From NCBI GenBank assembly GCA_003660975.1, contig QMVG01000003.1:53235-117234 (forward strand): a DNA stretch of 64,000 nt. The letters are read 5' to 3'. This DNA comes from Candidatus Micrarchaeota archaeon (lineage in GTDB: Archaea; B1Sed10-29; B47-G15). The notes below the pieces were generated by a model, which was not told the origin of the DNA, did not search any database, and was given only the letters and a program-made list of their open reading frames with translations. The position numbers and the translations under genes were made by a program. Shown in pieces: positions 27,589 to 36,354 of the stretch. Each line of letters begins with the position of its first letter. Position 1 is the first letter of the stretch.

Positions 27589-27656
27589 GCTCTGCTGCGA
27601 TGAAGACACCAGGCTCTCTGAGCTACCAGCTGTGAAGAAGATTTTGAGTGCAGAGC
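27589..27656 (+). ncRNA. Candidate box C/D sRNA
   Basis: Terminal stem GCTCTGC/GCAGAGC; C GCGATGA, D' CTGA, C' GTGAAGA, D-like TTGA; TATA-like element about 24 nt upstream. Confidence 0.55.
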
Positions 27657-27772
27657 AGCGAGAACCTACGCCAGTAAGATTGACATTACAATTATTGTTC
27701 TTTTTATAATTTACAAAGAAAGTTCTTTTTTCATACGTATGAAATTAAATAATAGAAAAAGTTAATAATATT

Positions 27773-28159
27773 ATGGCAATGAAGGTTGATAAGTTAACAG
27801 AACTTAAGGTTATCTTAAAAAAGAAACAAAAGCCAGAGAAGATACTTAATACCATTTTTTTATTCTTGGGTTTCAAAAATACAGAAATTAAACTTTATAA
27901 ATTGCTCTTAAATAAAAAACTCACTATAAATCAAATTAAAAAGCGAATGAATGTAACTGAGAGAACAATTAGAGGGCACATAAATTCTCTTTTGGAAAAG
28001 CAATTGATAACAAGGAAAGTAGTAACGGAAGGAAAAAGGTTAAAGTATGTTTATTCTTCTGTTCCTATTGCGAAAGCGTGGCAAATAATTAAGAAGCAGA
28101 TTGATAAGACAATGGAAGAAACAAATAGAGTGTTTGAAAAGATGAATTTGTTATCTTAA
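27773..28159 (+). CDS. TrmB-like winged-helix transcription regulator
   Basis: LGFKNTEIKLY..TINQI..ERTIR..LLEKQLITR..YVY. Confidence 0.8.
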   Translation: MAMKVDKLTELKVILKKKQKPEKILNTIFLFLGFKNTEIKLYKLLLNKKLTINQIKKRMNVTERTIRGHINSLLEKQLITRKVVTEGKRLKYVYSSVPIAKAWQIIKKQIDKTMEETNRVFEKMNLLS

Positions 28160-28317
28160 TTTTTTAACATGGTTTTTTGTATTTTGAATAGTTTTGGTGG
28201 TCCTTTTTAATTTTCTAGTTTAACCAAAAGTATTTTAAATAAGAAAGCACCTATGAATAATCAACTGCATAGATATGAAAAAATTATTTCATATTTAATT
28301 TATTTGGAGGTGAAAAA

Positions 28318-28455
28318 ATGATTGACACGTCAACATTGGCTTTAACAGACCCCTTAGTAATTGGGATTGCTATTGTTGTTATTTTAGCAATAATTGGGGC
28401 TATATTGTATTATACAGGGAATTTGAGCAAATTGACAGAAAAATTAGGATTTTAA
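28318..28455 (+). CDS. Small single-TM peptide (45 aa)
   Basis: Manually read; perfect GGAGGTGA RBS; T-rich tract downstream. Confidence 0.65.
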   Translation: MIDTSTLALTDPLVIGIAIVVILAIIGAILYYTGNLSKLTEKLGF

Positions 28456-28608
28456 ACAAATCTATTAAAATTTTATTTTTTCCTTTTTTATATAAGCTTG
28501 GAGAGTAGCAGGCAACTGATTACGATTACTTACGAATGCAGAGCAGCTTCCTTGCTTTCAATTGAAAGATTTATAAGGTTTCAATTGTTATAATAATGTG
28601 GTGAGTAT

Positions 28609-28866
28609 ATGCAGGTTCCCTTACCTATTGTGATATCTAAAGAAGGGAAATGGTTTGTAGCATCTTGCCCTGTTTTAGGTATTGCCACACAAGGCAAAAC
28701 AGAGCAAGAAGTTAAAGCAATGATGGAAGAGTTAATCAATGACTATTTTAAGGATAAAGATACCCCGAAACCAAAGATAAGTACTATGATGCAAATTACT
28801 ATCACAAATATTCTTGTAAATATCCCAAAACGTGTTTTTTATGCCAAAACTACGCGTTCTTCCTAA
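28609..28866 (+). CDS. hicB: HicB-family antitoxin
   Basis: WFVASCPVLGIATQGKT..E. Confidence 0.85.
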   Translation: MQVPLPIVISKEGKWFVASCPVLGIATQGKTEQEVKAMMEELINDYFKDKDTPKPKISTMMQITITNILVNIPKRVFYAKTTRSS

Positions 28867-29062
28867 GCGTAAGGTCATTGAAATTCTTAAAAATAATGGA
28901 TTTAAGAAAGTCAGATCAGGCAAACACATAACATTCAAAAGAAAAGACGAGGGTGGCCATATATTGACAACATGGGTACCGCACCATAAAGAGATTACGG
29001 TATTCGTTATAGAACATATAATCAAACAGACAAGGAAATCACGAGATGAGTTTGAAATTTAA
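28841..29062 (+). CDS. hicA: HicA-family mRNA interferase toxin
   Basis: LKNNGF..RSGKH..VPHH..IIKQ; start at ATG 28841. Confidence 0.85.
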   Translation: MPKLRVLPKRKVIEILKNNGFKKVRSGKHITFKRKDEGGHILTTWVPHHKEITVFVIEHIIKQTRKSRDEFEI

Positions 29063-29149
29063 TAATTTATACACTAAGACTCTCGGTTTATTATTTACTA
29101 ATGTTTATCACAGCAAATCTTTTTAAGTGTGGATGTATTATTGCAGTGT

Positions 29150-29782
29150 ATGATAGATGTTAACGCCATCACCTCTGGATTTTCATGGGAAACTGCATAT
29201 GTAACGCTACGGCCTTTGTTTTTCTTTCTTATGGGCATGGTTTTGTATTCTATTTTTATCTATAAAATGTACAGGTTTGTTGCCAGCAGAGACCTTTTTG
29301 GTAAGAAGGGCAGATATCAGAGCATAAGAGACAGGATAGACACTGGAAAGGGCAGCATAAAAAGAGCAGTATTGCGCTTTCTTGAATACATCTTTTTGTT
29401 TCCTTTTCTCGTTTTTATCTTCTTTGCGTTCTTTTTTATTATGCTTGTGTTCCTCTCTAAAAACCCAAATGTTGAAAATCTAATGCTTGTGGCTATGGCC
29501 ATTGTGGGGGCGGTTAGAATAAGCTCCTACTATTCAGAAGACCTTTCAAGAGATTTAGCTAAGATGCTCCCTTTTGCCGTTCTTGGTTTGTACATAACAG
29601 AGATATACCCGTTCTCATTTTCAAATTCCATAGACGCAGTGCTAATAGCTCTAAATAACACATCACTTTGGGTAATGCTTCTATACTATCTTATTTTTAT
29701 AATACTGCTTGAATTTTCAATGCGTGTGTTGTACCTAATCTACTCAAAGCTTAGCTCTGGCTATGAAATACCAGAAAGCTGA
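29150..29782 (+). CDS. Membrane protein
   Basis: Multiple TM segments; RISSYYSEDLSRDLAKMLP. Confidence 0.75.
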   Translation: MIDVNAITSGFSWETAYVTLRPLFFFLMGMVLYSIFIYKMYRFVASRDLFGKKGRYQSIRDRIDTGKGSIKRAVLRFLEYIFLFPFLVFIFFAFFFIMLVFLSKNPNVENLMLVAMAIVGAVRISSYYSEDLSRDLAKMLPFAVLGLYITEIYPFSFSNSIDAVLIALNNTSLWVMLLYYLIFIILLEFSMRVLYLIYSKLSSGYEIPES

Positions 29783-29783
29783 T

Positions 29784-29987
29784 TTACTTTATGTAAGCTG
29801 AGTAGAGAGGTTTTACTGCTGCCAATACAGATAACAATAGCCAATACCACTTGTATTCAATTACTATGTCAGGTATCAAAGCAGCCACAAAGAAAGCAAA
29901 TAAGAAAGCAGACAGCTTTACAAAGCTAATGTCAATTGCCTTCAATTTTTTAACTTTTTCATCAAAGTATTTACACATATGGAACAC
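29784..29987 (-). CDS. Small 2-TM membrane protein
   Basis: ORF track. Confidence 0.65.
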   Translation of the reverse strand: MFHMCKYFDEKVKKLKAIDISFVKLSAFLFAFFVAALIPDIVIEYKWYWLLLSVLAAVKPLYSAYIK

Positions 29988-30039
29988 CCTTTATCTGCAA
30001 GCATTTAGTTTTTAAATACCTATGTCTTATATTAGCTAT

Positions 30040-31395
30040 ATGAGGTTTTACATTGTAGCGTTGCTGTTATTCTCTTTGATGGGAAGTGCAGCGGCAGATA
30101 TATGTAGCGGAAATATGAGCATTGCCGCCCTGTACTATGACAGTGGAAGGACATCGCTTGCTGCTTCGAGCTATCAAAGAGCTGCCATTTGTTTTGAGAA
30201 GGATAAAAATTATTACCTGGCCTACGATAACTATGAAAATGCTGCTAATCTTTACTTGTCTCTGGGAGAATACGATAAGGCAGTGGCCAATTACATAAAT
30301 GCTTCTTCAAATGCCGAGAGAGTTGGACGGTTGAGAGAGGCAGGAAATTTTTATACACTGGCTGCAGATACTGAAATGAAAAAAAGGAAAAGTAGCAGTG
30401 ATTTAATTTTCCAGTTCTACGACGCTGCTATTAAAGATTATCAAGATGCCAATGAGAGGAAGCTTGCGATAAGTGTTGCAGAGAAAGCTCTTAACTTCTC
30501 AATTGAGACGGGCAATGTAAACGCCTCCCTGCATTACTTTGACAAGCTTTCATCTCTTCACGCTCTTATGAGAGATTATAAAAGTGCTTGCTATTACCTG
30601 AAAGAAAAAGCAGTGTATATGGAGAAGGAGAATGAGGGTTATGAAGATACAGCAGATGCTTATTTTGAAGCAGCAAGGTGCTATTTGGAGGAGTTAGAGA
30701 ACAGAAGCCTTTGCTCTGAAAATGTGGAAAAAGCCAAAGCTGTCGTTCTCGGAAGGAATGCAGGTCTTGAAGCCTTTTACGAGGCGGGCATTGCCAACTG
30801 TTATAAGGGAAGCAGAGACCAGCTTCATGCTTATGCTTGTTTCAAGCACATGAGAAAATCAGCAGAGCTATATGAGAAAATGGGGAATTTATCAGCAGCT
30901 GCGGACAAGTATAAAGAATCAGCTGAATGTTTTTCACTTGTGAAAGACATCTCGGAGATGGCTAAATCTGAAGTAAAGGAAAGTTATCTAAAATGCATAT
31001 CTCTTTATTCTGCTCTAAGCTACGATGCACAGATTAAAGGAAACAGCAATAAGGCCTCCCAATACGCTGAATTGATGAAGGCATGTGCCAAAGGCCGTGA
31101 TGACTGGAAAGCTTTTGAGAGTTTTTTGAATAATTATATATATGCATTGCAAACAGGAGAAAACATATCTGAATATGATATAAAGACACTTATTAGCAAC
31201 CCTTCCTCCCCCATAGCTGTTAATAAAACAGCAGAGCAGCCAGTTAGCAGCCAGACAGAGAAGGAGGATTATTCATGGCTTTACGTCTCGCTGATTGTTT
31301 TGGTGCTAATAGTGGTCTCAGCGCTCTATTTCCTGCTGGGCAAAAAAGGGAAGAAAGAGGAAATCAAGAAAAAGAATGAGCTGGATTTCGCATAA
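30040..31395 (+). CDS. Secreted, C-terminally anchored TPR/SNAP-like repeat protein
   Basis: Signal peptide; repeated AAxxY..AAxxY helices; C-terminal TM plus Lys tail. Confidence 0.7.
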   Translation: MRFYIVALLLFSLMGSAAADICSGNMSIAALYYDSGRTSLAASSYQRAAICFEKDKNYYLAYDNYENAANLYLSLGEYDKAVANYINASSNAERVGRLREAGNFYTLAADTEMKKRKSSSDLIFQFYDAAIKDYQDANERKLAISVAEKALNFSIETGNVNASLHYFDKLSSLHALMRDYKSACYYLKEKAVYMEKENEGYEDTADAYFEAARCYLEELENRSLCSENVEKAKAVVLGRNAGLEAFYEAGIANCYKGSRDQLHAYACFKHMRKSAELYEKMGNLSAAADKYKESAECFSLVKDISEMAKSEVKESYLKCISLYSALSYDAQIKGNSNKASQYAELMKACAKGRDDWKAFESFLNNYIYALQTGENISEYDIKTLISNPSSPIAVNKTAEQPVSSQTEKEDYSWLYVSLIVLVLIVVSALYFLLGKKGKKEEIKKKNELDFA

Positions 31396-31434
31396 TAAAC
31401 TTTAAAAAGCCCTTATCACTTCTAGTATGGGGGT

Positions 31435-31689
31435 GTGTCTATGCTTGACGAAAAGAGGATTGCTCTTGCAGCTGGCGTGAGCTGGGCAGTTTTTATGCTC
31501 TTTCTGTGGACCGGTGTTTATTTCTTTAACTACGGCACTGAGCTCATGCTTGTTTTCAGCAGTATATACCTGGGCTTTGATGCAAGTATGGCCGGGCTTT
31601 TGCTTGGTATGATATGGGGGTTCGTAGACATCTTTATAGGTGCTTACATCTTTGCCTATATCTACAACTGGCTCGGCAAGAAAAAGTAA
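31435..31689 (+). CDS. Small membrane protein (DUF5676/holin-like)
   Basis: SIYLG..G.IWGFVD..IFA.IYN pattern. Confidence 0.6.
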   Translation: MSMLDEKRIALAAGVSWAVFMLFLWTGVYFFNYGTELMLVFSSIYLGFDASMAGLLLGMIWGFVDIFIGAYIFAYIYNWLGKKK

Positions 31690-31701
31690 AACAAGAGCAG
31701 G

Positions 31702-31822
31702 TGCCTAGGCAGCTTACTGTCCTTCCCGCACAGAAGTGCAGTACCAGACAGTACGCAGGAGGGCTTAACTTCCGGGTTCGGCATGAGTCCGGGTGTTTCC
31801 CCTCCGCTATGGCCGCCAGGCG
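31702..31822 (-). rRNA. rrf: 5S rRNA
   Basis: GGCGGCCATAGC..CACCCG..CCGAACCCGGAAGTTAAG; terminal helix; own TATA near 31845. Confidence 0.93.
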
Positions 31823-31876
31823 TTATCTTTTTGATTTAAGTATTATATAAACTTATCTATATTCTGCAAAAGATTA

Positions 31877-32461
31877 TCAAGAAAACCACTGCTTTCTCCT
31901 TTTCTTTTCTATTTCAGACAGTTTTATCTTCTCCATTTCTTCCTTTCTGTCTTTTATCCTTTGGAGGAGAAACAATTTTTTATCCAATTTCTCTGCAACT
32001 TCCTTGTTTATTTTCAACAGCTCCTCTCTCTTTTCCTTTCGCAGCTTTTCAATATCCTCAAGGGCCTTTTTGTCACCAGTCTTTATTTTGCTTTTATAGT
32101 CCTCCAAAGCCTCTAAGTAATCAGATAATTCCTTTTCTTTTTCCTCTGCCCATTTAATTGTTTTATCTATGTCCTCTATAATCTCCTTGTCTTTTTTTAT
32201 CCACTCTTCCCTTTGTTTTAGATATCTTATATCATAGAGCAAGTCCTTTAACATATCCAGTTCTTCCCTTCTCTTTAGGTTCTGCGTACTGTTCAAAAGT
32301 GCCCTTGTTTTTTCTATGGCCTCGTCTATTTCATAAAGCTCTGGATCTCCCATTCTCAAGGTATCTTCAATAATCCTTCTCGCTGCATTTCCCTCTTCAA
32401 TATTTCTTATAATACGCCTCTTTCTATTCCTGTGCAACCTGTTATGAACGCCTCTTGCCAT
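31877..32461 (-). CDS. Basic coiled-coil orphan protein
   Basis: Start MARGVHNRLHRNRKRR after GGTGAGG RBS. Confidence 0.65.
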   Translation of the reverse strand: MARGVHNRLHRNRKRRIIRNIEEGNAARRIIEDTLRMGDPELYEIDEAIEKTRALLNSTQNLKRREELDMLKDLLYDIRYLKQREEWIKKDKEIIEDIDKTIKWAEEKEKELSDYLEALEDYKSKIKTGDKKALEDIEKLRKEKREELLKINKEVAEKLDKKLFLLQRIKDRKEEMEKIKLSEIEKKRRKQWFS

Positions 32462-32468
32462 TGCAGCC

Positions 32469-32741
32469 TCACCACCGCCTTTTAATTTCTGGCACCTTCT
32501 CAAGCAAAGGATACAAACGTTTGCCTAGTTCTGCAATTCTTCTCTGTATGTCTTCTATTTCTCTTTCTATATCCCCTCTTTTCCTCACATCTCTTTCACT
32601 GTTATACTTCTGTTTTAGCGCTCTTTCCTTCTCACTCAACTGCTGTGTCCTAAAATTTATGTTGTTTATTTCATCTATAATCTTTTTATATTCCTCCTTA
32701 ATGGCCCTCTTTTTAGCCTCCACTCTGCTTTTTCTTCCCAT
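32469..32741 (-). CDS. Basic coiled-coil orphan protein
   Basis: Start MGRKSRVEAKKR. Confidence 0.6.
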   Translation of the reverse strand: MGRKSRVEAKKRAIKEEYKKIIDEINNINFRTQQLSEKERALKQKYNSERDVRKRGDIEREIEDIQRRIAELGKRLYPLLEKVPEIKRRW

Positions 32742-32812
32742 ATATCCTACCCACATGATTTTGCTATATTAAAGGGTGAAAAGATTAAAAAGCTGTATGG
32801 CCTTATCTTCTT

Positions 32813-33364
32813 ATGAAGTTTGTCCTGGATACCTCTGCCTTTACAAGCGTTGGGAAGAGTAAGAAGGAAACAGACTCCCACATAAAGAATTTTGCTGACT
32901 GCATAGCAAAAGATAAGGAGAACGAGTATTATATGCCAAAGACTGTTTGGCAGGAGCTTGAAAAGGTTCTGATAACAAGAGGCACAGATGAAAGCATTAT
33001 TGAGCAAATAAGAAAGGCTATAATAATAAGGCAACCTTCAAGAATGGAGCTGCATATCCCGGCACAGTTTGTCAATGATTTTGTTTCTGAGTTTAGGCAG
33101 AGAATCAATAGAGGTTTGAGGGAGGCAGAGAAAGCAGTGCTTGAAAAAAGCAAGAATGTTAATAGACCTGATGAAGAGGTTATCCACGATTTGAGAGACA
33201 GGTATAGGACAGTGATGAGGCAAGGCCTCATAGATTCAGAGGAAGATTTAGACGTGCTTCTGCTTGCAAAAGAGATATCAGCCATGATAATTGCTAATGA
33301 CAAAGGCATAGAAAAATGGGCGGATAAGTGGGGCATCCCATATATGAGCTCTGCTGCGGATTAA
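32813..33364 (+). CDS. HARP, RNA-free RNase P (UPF0278, PIN-like)
   Basis: FVLDTSAF, RINRGLR.AE, LRDRYR..MRQG.IDS.EDLD.LLLAKE, D.GI..WA. Confidence 0.85.
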   Translation: MKFVLDTSAFTSVGKSKKETDSHIKNFADCIAKDKENEYYMPKTVWQELEKVLITRGTDESIIEQIRKAIIIRQPSRMELHIPAQFVNDFVSEFRQRINRGLREAEKAVLEKSKNVNRPDEEVIHDLRDRYRTVMRQGLIDSEEDLDVLLLAKEISAMIIANDKGIEKWADKWGIPYMSSAAD

Positions 33365-33918
33365 ATTATCTTGAGCAGGTCTGCTTTTGTAACAATCCCC
33401 TTTATTTTGCCTTTATCCATTATCATCACAGCTGGGGCATTTTTGAGCATTGAGGAGATAATATTTAATGGAGCAGTCTCACTCGTGCTTGGCAGCGGCT
33501 CTTCCAATGCTTCTCGCACTTTCATTTTCTTCACTTTATTGGCTCCTTTGTTATTTATCAAATCGCTTATGCCTGTTTCTGTTATGCTTCCTATAATCCT
33601 CCCTTTTTCCTCCACAGGCATTTGAGAAATATTGTATTTTTTCATTTTCTTCGCAACGCTGTCAAGGCTGTCACCAGGATGTGCTTTTATCACTCTTCTG
33701 TTCATTACGTCCCTGGCCAATATGACTCTGCTTGGTTTTCTTTCAAGAGCCCTAAATATCTTAACCACATTGGAATAAGAAGGGTCTGTTGTTCCTGTCT
33801 CTATCTTGGCTATCAAAGATTGGCTGACTCCCGCCATTTTAGCCAGTTCCATTTGTTTTAGGCCCAATGCTATCCTTCTTCTTTTAATCTCAGATAGGTC
33901 TGGAAGTTCCATAACCAC
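33361..33918 (-). CDS. HTH + CBS domain regulator
   Basis: ELAKMAGVSQSLIAKIE plus a tandem CBS pair. Confidence 0.88.
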   Translation of the reverse strand: MVMELPDLSEIKRRRIALGLKQMELAKMAGVSQSLIAKIETGTTDPSYSNVVKIFRALERKPSRVILARDVMNRRVIKAHPGDSLDSVAKKMKKYNISQMPVEEKGRIIGSITETGISDLINNKGANKVKKMKVREALEEPLPSTSETAPLNIISSMLKNAPAVMIMDKGKIKGIVTKADLLKII

Positions 33919-34004
33919 CCAACCAGCAAAAGCAGATAGATATATCTGCCCCCTTTAATTACTCTCATAATATTGAATTAGGTTATTTATATTCTTATCG
34001 GAAT

Positions 34005-35549
34005 TTAGGTATAAACTATAAGTCCCTTGTCCTCGTCAAACTCCTCCAACACTATCCTGGTCAGCTCAATAGGGCTGTTTTTCTTGAGGAATTGCTTTGC
34101 TGCTTCAAGCTTTCTCCTGCTTTCTGCATATACTGTGAGTATCTTCTGCCCCCTCTTGATTTTATCCCCTTTTTCAACATGGAGCATTATGCCTGCTCCC
34201 TTATTGTGTGGGGCTCCTGCTAACCTAGCAGCTGTTGACAAAACAGCAGTATTCATATAGTGTATCCTGCCCTGCCTTCCAGCTTTCAAGACATACCTAT
34301 AACTTCCCACATTGATGTCATCTGATTTGATATTGGGGTCGCCTCCCTGGGCTTTTATTATCTGCTTCAGCTTTTTGTATGCCTTTCCAGATTCAAATAT
34401 ACCTCTGGCCATCTCATAGCCCTTTCCCTTTTTGGCTTTTCCAACCATTTCCAGCAGTATGCCTGCCATAGTAAGCCCCTTTTCCAGAACCTCTGGATTT
34501 GCTGGCTTTCCCTCATATAACCTTAAAATCTCTCTTGCTTCAAGAGCTGGCCCCATAGCATCTCCAACAGGGTCAAAACCAGGAGTAATTATACAGTGAA
34601 TCTTTATTCCCAACTGTTTGCCTATTCTTATGAATTTCCTGGCCAAATCCTCTGCTTCCTTTCTCGTTCTTACCTTCGCACCGTGTCCAACACTTATATC
34701 TATAAGGCAATGCGTCGCCCCAACTGCCTTCTTTTTTGCCAATATTGAGGAGATAAGATTTGGCTTCGAGTCAATTTTTAAAGGGTGTTCTATCCTAATT
34801 ATTTTGTCATCAGCAGCAGCCAAGCTTACAGCTCCTCCCCAAACAATACATGCATTGCACTTTCTAACAGTTTCCAGTATCTGCCTTTTGTTTAATGCAA
34901 CAGGAGCCAATACCTCCATGGTGTCAGCAGTTCCAGCAGGCGATGTTATTGACCTAGATGACGTTTTTGCTATTGTTAAACCTGCTGCAGCTATAACAGG
35001 GACTATAATGAGAGTGGTTCTGTTGCCAGGCACTCCTCCTATGGAGTGCTTGTCCACTACTATCTTCTTCTTTAATCTTATGGTGTCGCCACTTTTCACA
35101 ATCGCTCTTGTTAGGGCTATTATCTCTCTATCGCTCATTCCCCTTATGCTGGTGGCTGTTATAAAAGCAGCTGTTTCAATGTCTGTGAGGTTGTCTTCCA
35201 TTATGTCATTTATTATGCTGTGTATTTCTTTTTCTTTCAGTTCGTAGCCATCTATTTTTTTCTTTATATACCTAACACTTTCGGGTTTTTCAACAGGCTC
35301 TATTTTTACGATGTCTCCATTTTTTACATTCAAGACATCCTTTACCTCTTTAAACAGTCCTATCTGCCCTTTCTTAACAAATGTGTTGGTTATGTTCGCC
35401 GTACAAGTAACCTCTTTTCTTTTGAATTTTACCTTTATTCTGTCATCCCTGCTTACATCCAAATCTGCTGCGTCATCTTCGTGAAATGCTATTATATATT
35501 TTCCTTGGGCAGATATGTCTATGGATTTTACCTTGAAGTCATATCTCAT
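34005..35549 (-). CDS. AMP phosphorylase (thymidine phosphorylase family)
   Basis: Archaeal N-terminal domain; DKHSIGGVPGN, KTSSRSITSPAGTADTMEVL. Confidence 0.92.
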   Translation of the reverse strand: MRYDFKVKSIDISAQGKYIIAFHEDDAADLDVSRDDRIKVKFKRKEVTCTANITNTFVKKGQIGLFKEVKDVLNVKNGDIVKIEPVEKPESVRYIKKKIDGYELKEKEIHSIINDIMEDNLTDIETAAFITATSIRGMSDREIIALTRAIVKSGDTIRLKKKIVVDKHSIGGVPGNRTTLIIVPVIAAAGLTIAKTSSRSITSPAGTADTMEVLAPVALNKRQILETVRKCNACIVWGGAVSLAAADDKIIRIEHPLKIDSKPNLISSILAKKKAVGATHCLIDISVGHGAKVRTRKEAEDLARKFIRIGKQLGIKIHCIITPGFDPVGDAMGPALEAREILRLYEGKPANPEVLEKGLTMAGILLEMVGKAKKGKGYEMARGIFESGKAYKKLKQIIKAQGGDPNIKSDDINVGSYRYVLKAGRQGRIHYMNTAVLSTAARLAGAPHNKGAGIMLHVEKGDKIKRGQKILTVYAESRRKLEAAKQFLKKNSPIELTRIVLEEFDEDKGLIVYT

Positions 35550-35622
35550 GATACTGCTTACTCCTGTTGCCAATTTAAAGCTTATGGAGAAGATTTATTA
35601 AACTGTAATATCTAATTAGCTT

Positions 35623-36057
35623 ATGACAAGAAGGCACAGTAAAGCAGACACTAGAAAAGCAAGAAAAAGAATCAATGAGTGGGACGTGCCTAAAGACGTA
35701 AAGCAAGCTTTGGAAGAATCTCCTAGCATGGTTGGAGCTTTGGCTGTTGAAGGCAAGTACTATATAAAATTGCCAGGCATGACAAAAAGAGTTAGTGAAG
35801 AAGAGTTCAGCCGCTTTGTACGCAGGTTTAGAAAATTTGACACAGAACTTCAAAAAGCATTTCAGAAAGAACGATCTAAAAATTTAGAGGCGAGGTCGGC
35901 ACTTAAGGACAAGGAGGAAGGCTCTGTCTTCATAGATGCCAATGGGAAAGCACATGTTAAAGCTTACGGAGACATTTTCCCAGAAAACAAAGTCCTCAAA
36001 TTGAGGAGCAAAGAAATGAGCTTGATTGAGAAGTTCTTTAAGATATTTGAAAGGTGA
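35623..36057 (+). CDS. Basic orphan protein
   Basis: MTRRHSKADTRKARKR; own TATA. Confidence 0.65.
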   Translation: MTRRHSKADTRKARKRINEWDVPKDVKQALEESPSMVGALAVEGKYYIKLPGMTKRVSEEEFSRFVRRFRKFDTELQKAFQKERSKNLEARSALKDKEEGSVFIDANGKAHVKAYGDIFPENKVLKLRSKEMSLIEKFFKIFER

Positions 36058-36354
36058 TTATACCATTAAATCAAGAGCTTCATGTCCCCTCATTCTTGAC
36101 TTTATTCCCAGTTTTCTTGCAGCACTGCTAACCCATGAAACCCTTTTTTCCATCATATCTTTAAAATCTCTAGCATTCCTTACTATGCAGGCAGCATCTC
36201 CCTCTCTTTCTATTTTTTCTTTGTTAAGGTAATCGCTGGCCAGATAGCCTTTTTCAGCCCTTATTATCAAAAGAGGCGTTCTACTGTCTCCTATTGCTAT
36301 TCTTATGCCAAGCGCAGCTCCGTGTTCGGTTTCTATAATCTCTGTTAATACCAT
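36058..36354 (-). CDS. YunC/DUF1805-family protein
   Basis: PLLIIRAEKGYL..YL..A.KLGI..M.G.EAL. Confidence 0.75.
   Translation of the reverse strand: MVLTEIIETEHGAALGIRIAIGDSRTPLLIIRAEKGYLASDYLNKEKIEREGDAACIVRNARDFKDMMEKRVSWVSSAARKLGIKSRMRGHEALDLMV

Noticed and set aside
31614-31850. 78-aa ORF
   Set aside because: Antisense to the 5S rRNA
34618-35247. 209-aa plus-strand ORF and similar long antisense ORFs (36643, 46606, 58677)
   Set aside because: Shadows of well-supported genes on the opposite strand
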